The notes under the pieces are model-generated. The model was not told the DNA's origin. It made no database searches and was given only the letters and a program-made list of their open reading frames with translations. Position numbers and translations under genes: made by a program. A stretch of 61,883 bases of DNA from Spirochaetota bacterium (lineage in GTDB: Bacteria; Spirochaetota; Spirochaetia; SPDA01; B32-G16). Shown in pieces: positions 37,327-45,562 of this stretch (position 1 is its first letter; the number at the start of each line of letters is the position of its first letter). Location of the stretch: contig QNBH01000001.1 in assembly GCA_003645645.1 (NCBI GenBank), positions 1-61,883 on the forward strand, given 5' to 3'.

Positions 37327-38052
37327 ATGATAAATGTAACCAATGCCAGGTGTTCATGTGTACGATTTAAAGACAGTACATGTACCTGGTGTGTTGAAAT
37401 CTGCCCGCATAAGATACTTAAAGTTTCCAATAACGGTTTGTGCTTTGATGAGAGTACATGTACATACTGTATGCTATGCGTTTCTGTTTGTCCTACCGGA
37501 GCTCTGGAAGAAAAGTATTTTAATCTGACCAACACCATTGCACAGATAACAGATATTCCTCTACCCGTGATCAGATGCCGAAGGAATATCGAGCTAAAAG
37601 GACGTGTGAGGACATCCTGTTTTGGGTTTTTCTCAGCAGAATACCTGATAATACTTCATTTCTCTCAACAAAAACCTGTACAGTTCAATATGACCGAATG
37701 TGGTAGCTGTAGCAACAGGGAGATCATTCAGATTTTTCTAAACTGTTCGAAATATTTGCCGAGGAAAAGGGAAAGGCTCAATCTTCTAATCGAGATGCTT
37801 CCGAAAGAGAAACAAAGATTGTTAATTGATACTTTCTGGTTTTTCATTTACTTTACAGAAGTTTGTAATGGTTGTACAGCCTGTGTCGGATTATGTCCTA
37901 CAGGAGCTATTTCTCCTTCTCAATTGGGCAAAAGGAAACCATTCCGGAGCAAGCTGTGTACAGGCTGTATGCTTTGCACCGAATTCTGTTCTCAAGAGCG
38001 AATAAAAGTCGAAGAATATGCAGATAATACTCTTACCCATCCTGCAATTTGA
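37327..38052 (+). CDS. 4Fe-4S dicluster-domain protein
   Basis: CTWCVEICP, CTYCMLCVSVCPTGA, CNGCTACVGLCPTGA, CTGCMLCTEFC. Confidence 0.7.
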   Translation: MINVTNARCSCVRFKDSTCTWCVEICPHKILKVSNNGLCFDESTCTYCMLCVSVCPTGALEEKYFNLTNTIAQITDIPLPVIRCRRNIELKGRVRTSCFGFFSAEYLIILHFSQQKPVQFNMTECGSCSNREIIQIFLNCSKYLPRKRERLNLLIEMLPKEKQRLLIDTFWFFIYFTEVCNGCTACVGLCPTGAISPSQLGKRKPFRSKLCTGCMLCTEFCSQERIKVEEYADNTLTHPAI

Positions 38053-38195
38053 TCTGTTGCAAGTTTCAAAATATTATAATTATAATCCGGATACATGGAT
38101 GACGGGTATGCTCGGCTCCGGCTTTATCCGCTGCCTTTTTCCCCATTTTAAAACAACCCCTTGGGAAAACACTCTAGAAAAACAACCCTAACTAG

Positions 38196-38224
38196 TTACG
38201 AAATCTTTTCCATTGTGTTATATT
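38196..38224 (+). promoter_or_regulatory. Candidate sigma70-type promoter for tRNA-Ala
   Basis: TTACGA (38196-38201), a 17-nt spacer, then TATATT (38219-38224), 14 nt before the tRNA 5' end. Confidence 0.45.
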
Positions 38225-38237
38225 ATACTTAATAATC

Positions 38238-38310
38238 GGGGGATTAGCTCAATTGGCAGAGCGATAGGTTCGCAATCTATAGGTCAGGGGTTCAAATCCC
38301 CTATCCTCCA
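38238..38310 (+). tRNA. tRNA-Ala (anticodon CGC)
   Basis: Manual cloverleaf. Acceptor GGGGGAT/ATCCTCC with the G3:U70 Ala identity pair. D-stem GCTC/GAGC. Anticodon stem ATAGG/TCTAT with loop TTCGCAA. T-arm AGGGG-TTCAAAT-CCCCT. Discriminator A. CCA is not encoded. Confidence 0.9.
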
Positions 38311-38311
38311 A

Positions 38312-40894
38312 ATGGCAAAGACACCACCGGAAAAGTATGAGCCTGGTGAGCTTCAAAGAACCAGGGAGAGACTCGGTGATATATCTCCGGAAGAGGCAAG
38401 GAGAATTGCCAGTGCGTTGGGTGGAGAGGTGGGGATCGAGAAGACCGATCCCCGGATACAGGAAAAGTACAGCCGTCTTGAGGAACTGAGAAAAAAATCA
38501 GATTACACGAAATATACCCGAAAGAGGGAAGAGGCAAAACAGCCTGAATCAAAAAAATCCCTTACACCGGAAGCCAAGGGGAAATCCCGGAGCAAAATAA
38601 CCCCCACTCCTTCGGCTGAAATTACAGCTGAAAGAAAAAAAACGAGCTTCTGGGACAGAATCCGCATGGATTTCCTCGCAGCTAAACCGGAACATCAGCT
38701 TAAGCGCAAAAGGGATGCCTTTGCATCGATCCTATCCTTCGCTTTTTCCGTGCCCGATAAAGTAAATCCTTTTTTTATTAAAAATGGAGATAATATTTTC
38801 TTCAAGCATATAGAGAATCTTGTATTTTCTATAAGAGGCCTGATAAATATCAACAATAAAGCCACCGTCCACAGATTGAAACCGGGTCTTTACCAGAAAA
38901 TACTCGATGTTATCAGGGACTGGGATATAGAAGCACTACACCTTGAACTCTCCAGTCTTCAATCAAGTCCCAGTAGAATATCCTTCACTTCCCTCTCGGG
39001 ACTATCAGGTGGGATATATCGTCCAATAGTACGACTTATGGATCTCGACCCCCATTTGCACATCGGAAAAGCCATTAAAACAATAGCTGAGCTCGACATT
39101 CTCTCCGTACCTAAAAACAGCCCAATACAGCAAAAGATAAGAACTTTTTTTGTTACTGCAAGAGAAGAGATAATACCGGTGTTTGTTGAAATCAAGTTCC
39201 GTTGTTATCCACTGTTGTTGAAACTTATCTCTAATAAATTTTTCCCCTACCAGCAGTTTTTCTACGATATGCGCTGGGAAATCCTCGATTTTTTAAAGCT
39301 TAAACCTGAAGATGTAATTACCCCCGCCCCTTCTTCAGATACCACTTCAGATAAAGAAAAGGTAAAGTCAGAAGAGGGATCTTCAGCAGAAACCGGTGCC
39401 GCAAAAACTACAGAAGAAGAGGCAGAGAGCGAAGCCGCTGTGTCCGCTCCTCCTGAAGGGGCCGACGAGATACAAAAGGGGCTTGCCATACTGGAAAAAC
39501 TCTTTCCCGGTGCAGGATGGAATAAACTGGATGAGTTTCCCGATCTTTTCTCCTATTTTCACCCTCTATTCGACTTCCCCAGGGGTATAGAATTGATCCC
39601 GCCGGCCGATCCGCTCCACCAGGTGGTGATTTTAGTTTTCGTTTTGCAGGAGTTTTTCTACGGATTCCGCTCTTTGAGGTTTGGTACCATGGAAAACGAG
39701 AAGGGTGATAGAATCCAGATTCAAACGACAGCGGAAAGAATAATTGGAAGCTGGCACTATTTTCACGACGAGATACTGACCAAGCATTATACCTCACTGC
39801 TTAATGAATACTGCAGACAGATAGAGAGAAATACCCAGTTTAAAAATACGGATTACGGCAGGAAGATCGCATCGGATCTGATGTGGATAAAGAGATTGTA
39901 CTATCTAAACCTTTTAAAGTTTTATGCAGTAAAAGGTTCGAGGCCCGCTCTTGGACCCCATCTTCCAAAACTCTTTGAAAGCACGGCAGAGCTGAAAGAA
40001 CTGTTGCAGAGAATAGTCCAGGAGCTGGATGAAGCCGTTACCATCGGTAGAAAAATCGAGAGTATCGAGAATCCACGGGATCTGGTTAACTTTGAAATAG
40101 AGAATCCGGTATCCTCCCGGCTTACCTCTGTATTTTCCTCTTCCGGTCGAACCTTTACAAACTCGGACCTCATTCGCTATACATACGCTGTATTATGTGT
40201 TCTTGATTATCTTATAGGTAACCCCGGTAGTCATACTTACTCGGTCAATGCAGAAGATCCGGTTAGACTTTTCAGGAGCGTAGGCGGAAGAGGAGAAATC
40301 CCCCTCTATTCGGTAGAATTGAAAGATCCCATAGCAGTTATCCGAAAGCGGGAGGCAAAGAAAGATAAGGTAACAGGTTTTTTCACGGTTGGTGCTCTCA
40401 AATACTACATACAATCGGCAATCAGGCAATACAGAAAAAACCGCTCTCCCTTTTTCCTCCTATGCATTAAGATTAAAGGATTTTCGCTCTACCAGGAAAA
40501 AGCAGGAAAAGAGGCAGGCACAGGATTGATAAGAAAGATTGCCCTTACCATCTTGCAAAGGATTTATGATCCCATGGATATACCATTTCGACTCGAAGAG
40601 AGCATCTTTGTGGTTTTGCTCCATCGACAAAACCGAAGTGAATTGATCGAATTGGCCGGATTACTTGCCGATGATCTGAGCTTGATCGGAGTTAAAGATG
40701 GTCCATCCAATGAATCTATCAGTTTCCTCTTCTCAGCCTTTGAATACCGTAATAATATGGCATTCGAAGACATAATGAAAGAAATCGCCCAATATATAAA
40801 AGAAGCTGCAAAACACCCTCCATTCACACTTATTCTTTTCGATCCTGAAGGGGAGGATCTTTTTCCTGTTCCTCTGTCTTCTCAATCTCCTTGA
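38312..40894 (+). CDS. Large hypothetical protein (860 aa) with a degenerate GGDEF-like C-terminal domain
   Basis: ATG 38312 (MAKTPPEKYEPGEL); the track ORF start at 38213 lies inside the tRNA. The C-terminus DKVTGFFTVGAL...FFLLCIKIKGFSLYQEKAGKEAGTGLIRKIA...RLEESIFVVLL follows GGDEF-domain spacing, with RLEESIF in place of RYGGDEF. Confidence 0.55.
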   Translation: MAKTPPEKYEPGELQRTRERLGDISPEEARRIASALGGEVGIEKTDPRIQEKYSRLEELRKKSDYTKYTRKREEAKQPESKKSLTPEAKGKSRSKITPTPSAEITAERKKTSFWDRIRMDFLAAKPEHQLKRKRDAFASILSFAFSVPDKVNPFFIKNGDNIFFKHIENLVFSIRGLININNKATVHRLKPGLYQKILDVIRDWDIEALHLELSSLQSSPSRISFTSLSGLSGGIYRPIVRLMDLDPHLHIGKAIKTIAELDILSVPKNSPIQQKIRTFFVTAREEIIPVFVEIKFRCYPLLLKLISNKFFPYQQFFYDMRWEILDFLKLKPEDVITPAPSSDTTSDKEKVKSEEGSSAETGAAKTTEEEAESEAAVSAPPEGADEIQKGLAILEKLFPGAGWNKLDEFPDLFSYFHPLFDFPRGIELIPPADPLHQVVILVFVLQEFFYGFRSLRFGTMENEKGDRIQIQTTAERIIGSWHYFHDEILTKHYTSLLNEYCRQIERNTQFKNTDYGRKIASDLMWIKRLYYLNLLKFYAVKGSRPALGPHLPKLFESTAELKELLQRIVQELDEAVTIGRKIESIENPRDLVNFEIENPVSSRLTSVFSSSGRTFTNSDLIRYTYAVLCVLDYLIGNPGSHTYSVNAEDPVRLFRSVGGRGEIPLYSVELKDPIAVIRKREAKKDKVTGFFTVGALKYYIQSAIRQYRKNRSPFFLLCIKIKGFSLYQEKAGKEAGTGLIRKIALTILQRIYDPMDIPFRLEESIFVVLLHRQNRSELIELAGLLADDLSLIGVKDGPSNESISFLFSAFEYRNNMAFEDIMKEIAQYIKEAAKHPPFTLILFDPEGEDLFPVPLSSQSP

Positions 40895-42146
40895 GAAAGG
40901 CAAGTGGATAGGCAATGAAGAGGAGTATCCCCATCCCCATAAGACCGAACCCTACCCCAAAATTATCTGCGAGAAATCCCATTATCGGTGCGAGAACAGC
41001 CATAAAGATGGTCTTTATCTGTGTTTCAACGGAGAAACCTGTAGCCATCACCCGATTGGAGAAGAGATCGCTGAAGTATCCCACATTCATCGGCCTCTTC
41101 AGATTCTCAAGCATGTAAAAAATCACAAAAAGCACAATCGAAGGGATATACCATTGCAGGATTAGAAAAATCCCCGAGAGAAGGGTCAATATCACACCGA
41201 TTAGATAAGTTACATTAAGTGCCCTGCTCAACAGGGAGAGGCGAGTGCTTATCTTACCGGAACTTCTCGCTGACAATGAAGTAAGGAAAAAAAGTAAAAA
41301 ATAAACCACTCCGATTACAAGGGATGTACGTTTTTGCGGTTCCTCAAGAGCGACAAAAATCGGCAGTAACACAGCGTATTGTTTTAACACAGGCTGAAGG
41401 TAATCTTTAACCGCTCGAAAAACTGCATCAAAAAAGGAGCCGTTGATAAAAGCCCTGAAGATGTATTTGTTACGGAATACTCCCTTAAATTCCCCCAGGG
41501 TTCCCGATATTCTTTTTAAAGAACGCTTAAATACACTTTCCACTTTTTCTGAAATCTCTTTTTCTCCGTCAAGCACCGAAGGGTAGGTTAGTATTAAAAC
41601 CATGTTCAACAGATAGGGGATAACAGAAGCAATAAAGATAACCCTGTAGGTGCCGGTATAAAAGACAAGCAAAGCGGCAATCAATGCAGATATGGCCGAA
41701 CCTGCCTGTGACCATCCTCTAGTATGTCCATAATAGTCAACCTTATACTTCAGAAATCCCTTAATCTTTAAATATTCCAGTATCATAGCCTTGTGTGTTC
41801 CGCTGCGAAAGGCTTCCCCTGTGGCAAATAAAATCATAGCGGCCATAAACATGCTGAAAGACGGCAAAAAGTAAAAAATCAAAAATGATAAGATGTACGC
41901 CGAAAAGGAGAAGATCATTGCCTTTTTCCTCCCATAGGCATCGGCGATAACACCCGTGGGCACCTCCAGAATATTGTTTGCTATTTCCCGTACGGAAAAA
42001 AGCACTCCGATCTCAAGGAAGGAAAGCCCTGCCTCGCGGAAGAAAAGTATTATAAAGGGGTCGAAGAACTTTAAATTTTTTAACGCACCGTAGAGACTGA
42101 ACTTTGCGTATTGTAGATCCCGTAAAAAACTCTCTTTTTTTAGCAT
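40830..42146 (-). CDS. MFS transporter
   Basis: 438 aa, roughly 12 hydrophobic segments, and the MFS loop motif GVIADAYGRKK. Confidence 0.8.
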   Translation of the reverse strand: MLKKESFLRDLQYAKFSLYGALKNLKFFDPFIILFFREAGLSFLEIGVLFSVREIANNILEVPTGVIADAYGRKKAMIFSFSAYILSFLIFYFLPSFSMFMAAMILFATGEAFRSGTHKAMILEYLKIKGFLKYKVDYYGHTRGWSQAGSAISALIAALLVFYTGTYRVIFIASVIPYLLNMVLILTYPSVLDGEKEISEKVESVFKRSLKRISGTLGEFKGVFRNKYIFRAFINGSFFDAVFRAVKDYLQPVLKQYAVLLPIFVALEEPQKRTSLVIGVVYFLLFFLTSLSARSSGKISTRLSLLSRALNVTYLIGVILTLLSGIFLILQWYIPSIVLFVIFYMLENLKRPMNVGYFSDLFSNRVMATGFSVETQIKTIFMAVLAPIMGFLADNFGVGFGLMGMGILLFIAYPLAFLKEIEKTEEQEKDPPLQDRKE

Positions 42147-42298
42147 TTATTTTGACTGGCTCTTTACTTTAAGATATTATTCGTAAATTTCGAATCGGGT
42201 CAATCCGGCCAATGGACTTGCTCAAAGGATATCCAGGGCATACTGCGATAATCGTAGCCCGGCTTGACTTCGAGAAAAAATTTATTATCTTTAATCAA

Positions 42299-42982
42299 AT
42301 GGCAGGTTTCTGGTTTCCTTACTGGTGGCTTCTCATTCCAGCCATTATTCTGGGCATGATAGCACAGTCCCGGGTAAGAAGCACCTACAATAAATATCGT
42401 AAATACCGCACTCGAAAAAATATAAGCGGTGCCGAAATGGCACGAATGATTCTGGATAACAACAATCTCTACGATATCCCCATAGAGGAGATTCCCGGTC
42501 AGCTTACAGATCATTACGACCCCCGATCTCGTATACTGAGGCTCTCAACAAATGTCTATCGCGGTACAGATATTGCCGCATTGGGGATTGCAGCCCATGA
42601 AGCAGGACATGCTATTCAACATGCCCGTTCATACTTTCCTCTGGCGGTGAGAAACTCCGTTTATCCTGTGGCATCTTTTGGCTCGAATCTCGGCCCCATA
42701 CTGGTAATAGCCGGTCTTTTCTTCGGGTTTTTCCAGCCTCTTATAACTCTGGGTATCATCCTGTTTGCATTTGCCGTTGTCTTCTCTTTAATAACACTTC
42801 CCATCGAGTTTAACGCTTCAAATCAAGCTGTTAAGATTCTTCAAAAAAGCGGGGCTGTAAATCAAGCAGAGCTGGAAGGTGCAAAGAGCGTTCTCTCTGC
42901 AGCGGCCCTAACATACGTAGCCTCCGCACTGGCCTCTGTACTAACTCTGGCGAGATTGATACTCTTAAGCAGATCTGATTAA
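42299..42982 (+). CDS. Membrane zinc metallopeptidase (Zn_peptidase_2 / YpfJ-unrelated neutral zinc metallopeptidase family)
   Basis: ATG 42299; LTDHYDPRSRILRLS and the HExxH motif AAHEAGHAIQH, followed by TM segments. Confidence 0.8.
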   Translation: MAGFWFPYWWLLIPAIILGMIAQSRVRSTYNKYRKYRTRKNISGAEMARMILDNNNLYDIPIEEIPGQLTDHYDPRSRILRLSTNVYRGTDIAALGIAAHEAGHAIQHARSYFPLAVRNSVYPVASFGSNLGPILVIAGLFFGFFQPLITLGIILFAFAVVFSLITLPIEFNASNQAVKILQKSGAVNQAELEGAKSVLSAAALTYVASALASVLTLARLILLSRSD

Positions 42983-43179
42983 ATAAGATAGTCTACATAA
43001 CCCTAGGGACAACCAAAACAATGAAAATTAACGCACCGAACAGGGCGAATTAAATTTTCGGAAGAGAAAACCGTGAAAAGTTTAAATCAGCGGACGATGC
43101 CCTTGATTTCGCCATCAAAAGAGAAGAGGAGTCTTACGGCTTTTATACTGATATCGCATCAAGGGCAAAGAGCCCCGGC

Positions 43180-43527
43180 ATGCAAAAGGTCTTTAAACAG
43201 TTCGCCCGGGAAGAGGAAGCCCATAAAAGAAAGCTTCTTAATGTCAAGGAAGGAAAGAAATTAAAAGAAGCAGAGAAGAAAATTACAGATTTAAAAATAA
43301 GCGATTATCTTGTAGAAAGACAACCTTCACCCGATATGGACTATCAGGATGCCCTTATTCTTGCCATGCAAAAGGAGAAAGCTTCCTGCAGGCTATACAA
43401 CGTACTGGCCGAATCAGCCACAAATAAGGATCTGCAGAATATTTTTCTATCTCTTGCACAGGAAGCGGCAAAGCACAAATTGAGATTCGAGATAGAATAC
43501 GACCAGGAAATCCTTAAGAAAAACTAG
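43180..43527 (+). CDS. Rubrerythrin/ferritin-like domain protein; the N-terminus is unresolved
   Basis: FAREEEAHKRKL and LAQEAAKHKLRFEIEYD are ferritin-like ExxH pairs. The homologous frame extends upstream to 43054 with no canonical start, and it is in frame with ATG 43021 across a TAA at 43051-43053. Confidence 0.6.
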   Translation: MQKVFKQFAREEEAHKRKLLNVKEGKKLKEAEKKITDLKISDYLVERQPSPDMDYQDALILAMQKEKASCRLYNVLAESATNKDLQNIFLSLAQEAAKHKLRFEIEYDQEILKKN

Positions 43528-44015
43528 AATCCTATCAGCTCAAACAGGGTTTCGCGGACAGATCTGTAAATACTGTTCTCTTTTCCCTTAAGCTCGGAAC
43601 TAAGTTCATCTCCAAAGCGGTCTATTCGGGGTACCTCTATTCCTATAAGTTTAATTTCTGTAGGCAGAGCACATGCCAGTTCCTCTCGCAGCCTGATGGC
43701 TTCGGGCAGATTCATTCCGTGCAGATAAATCTGTGAGGAATGCTGTAAGAGCTCTTCTTTTGAGAAGAGCACCACTGAGCCGGGTTCCATCAGCCCGGTA
43801 GCAACGGAGTCGATTATTATTACTTTGCTGTAGCCACTTATCTCATTAACAAATGCAAGGGGAGAACCTGTAAACTCGCGTATTTCCGGATATTCGATAG
43901 ATTCTTTGCCGGATAATTCCTTTTCAAGCTGTTTCCCTATCAAAATACCTATCCTGTCATTGACAACGATAGGGTTACCCATATAGAGAATTAAAGTTTT
44001 TGATTCAATATTCAT
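43524..44015 (-). CDS. [NiFe] hydrogenase maturation endopeptidase
   Basis: 163 aa; LILYMGNPIVVNDRIGILIG...IIIDSV...YLHGMNL follows the HyaD/HybD/FrhD pattern. It lies directly downstream of the large subunit gene. Confidence 0.8.
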   Translation of the reverse strand: MNIESKTLILYMGNPIVVNDRIGILIGKQLEKELSGKESIEYPEIREFTGSPLAFVNEISGYSKVIIIDSVATGLMEPGSVVLFSKEELLQHSSQIYLHGMNLPEAIRLREELACALPTEIKLIGIEVPRIDRFGDELSSELKGKENSIYRSVRETLFELIGF

Positions 44016-44043
44016 CTGTGTGAAAAAGCCGCCCCGGAGAATA

Positions 44044-45543
44044 TCAACGTTTTATTCTTCTGATCTCCGCGCCGTTCTCGTTGCGGATAACAATTTCCAT
44101 GGGCATCCTGCCTATGGCAGCATGTGTTGCACAGGAGAAGCAGGGATCGTAAGAGCGAAAGCCCATTTCCACCATGTTAAGAATACCGTTACTCACCTCT
44201 CCCTTTTTTATAAGATTTCTGGCAACATTCCGGATATCAATATTCATGGCTCCGTAGTTCTGGGCGCTTGCCACAATGAGATTTAAATCGGTTATAAGAC
44301 CGTTATCATCGGCCTTATAATGGTGGAAGAGAGTCCCCCGTGGTGCTTCTATTACTCCTACCCCCTCACCTTTGATACCTCGACTCAAGGTTCTGTACTC
44401 TTTGCTTAAGATATCTTCGTCATCGGCTAGTTCCTGCAGTCGTTCCGCCGCATAGAGAGACTCGATTGCTCTGGCCCAGTGAAAGGAGAGGGAGTTCTGC
44501 ACCGGTTTTTTCCCCAGAGTCTCGTAAAATCTCTGGTAGGCCTTCTGCGCTTTCGGTGTAGCCATTCCCTCTGCCACATTCATTCTTGACAGGGGAGCCA
44601 CCCGATAAAGCCCACTCTCCTTTCCGTCCGTAAGACCATTCCACCCGACTTTTTTTAGGTAGGGAAACTTCAAGTAAGACCAGGGCACAGGATGCTCTCC
44701 CACATAATCGAGATACTCATCCCAGTCAAACTTCGCAACTTCCTCTCCATCGGGATCAATTACCCTCAGCTTACCACCATAAAAGGTATGCCTGCCATTC
44801 TCATCCACCATCCCCATGTGATAGGAATTGTGATAGTAGAGATCCTTATTTAGAATAATCTCCATATAATCCTTGTTGGAGAGGATGATATCATCGACTA
44901 CCTTCAATGTGAATTCACAAAAATCCACAAGTTTGCCGGCCAGCTCACGGATCCTGTCCCTCTCTTCGACTTTTAAAGGTCTGGAAATACCTCCCGGAAT
45001 ACTGAATACGGGGTGAGTCGATTTCCCCCCTATTATGTTCTCTATTTCTACTGCATATCCCCGGTGTACGATTACCTTCTTTCCGGTCTCAAGACCTACC
45101 GCCTCGATAACACCCAGGATGTTTCTTTTTGCCGGATCTGCAGCAGGTCCTAAGATAAAATCGGGGGCAGGACCCAGTGCATATATATGTTCCAGATGAC
45201 TTTCGAGCATGTGTGCGCAGTATCCGAGTTCCCTGATCTTATGTGCTGCAGGCGGGGGAGGTGCATCGAAGAGTTTGTCCAGCACAAGGGAGGAGGCAAT
45301 ATGATGGGGCCAGGGACATACACCGCAGAGGCGGTTTACAATTCTGGGCATCTCTTCTGCGGCTCTTCCCTTGCAGAACTCTTCAAACCCTCTAAGCTCC
45401 ACTACCTGAAAATAGGTCTCTTCAACGTTTCCCTCGTTGTCGAGAAATATATCGATCTTTGCATGTCCTTCCAGTCTTGTAACCGGTTCTATGTGTATTA
45501 CTCTTTTGTCTGTTTTGTGTGTCTTATCCCATATTTCAGGCAT
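44044..45543 (-). CDS. mvhA: [NiFe] hydrogenase large subunit, Mvh/group-3c-like
   Basis: VTRLEGH, the N-terminal RLCGVCPWPHH (RxCGxC) motif and the C-terminal DPCFSCATH (DPCxxCxxH) Ni-Fe ligand motif. It is adjacent to mvhG and mvhD. Confidence 0.9.
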   Translation of the reverse strand: MPEIWDKTHKTDKRVIHIEPVTRLEGHAKIDIFLDNEGNVEETYFQVVELRGFEEFCKGRAAEEMPRIVNRLCGVCPWPHHIASSLVLDKLFDAPPPPAAHKIRELGYCAHMLESHLEHIYALGPAPDFILGPAADPAKRNILGVIEAVGLETGKKVIVHRGYAVEIENIIGGKSTHPVFSIPGGISRPLKVEERDRIRELAGKLVDFCEFTLKVVDDIILSNKDYMEIILNKDLYYHNSYHMGMVDENGRHTFYGGKLRVIDPDGEEVAKFDWDEYLDYVGEHPVPWSYLKFPYLKKVGWNGLTDGKESGLYRVAPLSRMNVAEGMATPKAQKAYQRFYETLGKKPVQNSLSFHWARAIESLYAAERLQELADDEDILSKEYRTLSRGIKGEGVGVIEAPRGTLFHHYKADDNGLITDLNLIVASAQNYGAMNIDIRNVARNLIKKGEVSNGILNMVEMGFRSYDPCFSCATHAAIGRMPMEIVIRNENGAEIRRIKR

Positions 45544-45562
45544 TCTTCCGTCTCCTTCCTTG

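Noticed and set aside
31747-38310. The decaying Mo block could be a tRNA-targeted genomic island next to tRNA-Ala.
   Set aside because: No integrase or recombinase is present. I could see no direct repeat of the tRNA 3' end at the far boundary. The block also lies 5' of the tRNA rather than at its 3' end.
38213-38311. The ORF track starts the large ORF at 38213 and extends the ALDH ORF to 8109.
   Set aside because: The first extension runs through the tRNA-Ala gene and the second through the structured repeat. Better starts exist at 38312 and 8010.
31800-43053. The in-frame TAA and TAG codons in moeA, mobB and the rubrerythrin-like gene could reflect stop-codon recoding, selenocysteine or pyrrolysine, or an alternative genetic code.
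   Set aside because: None is TGA. They cluster with frameshifts and deletions in one block. The other roughly 50 genes terminate normally on TAA, TAG and TGA with no internal stops. Pseudogenisation is the simpler explanation.
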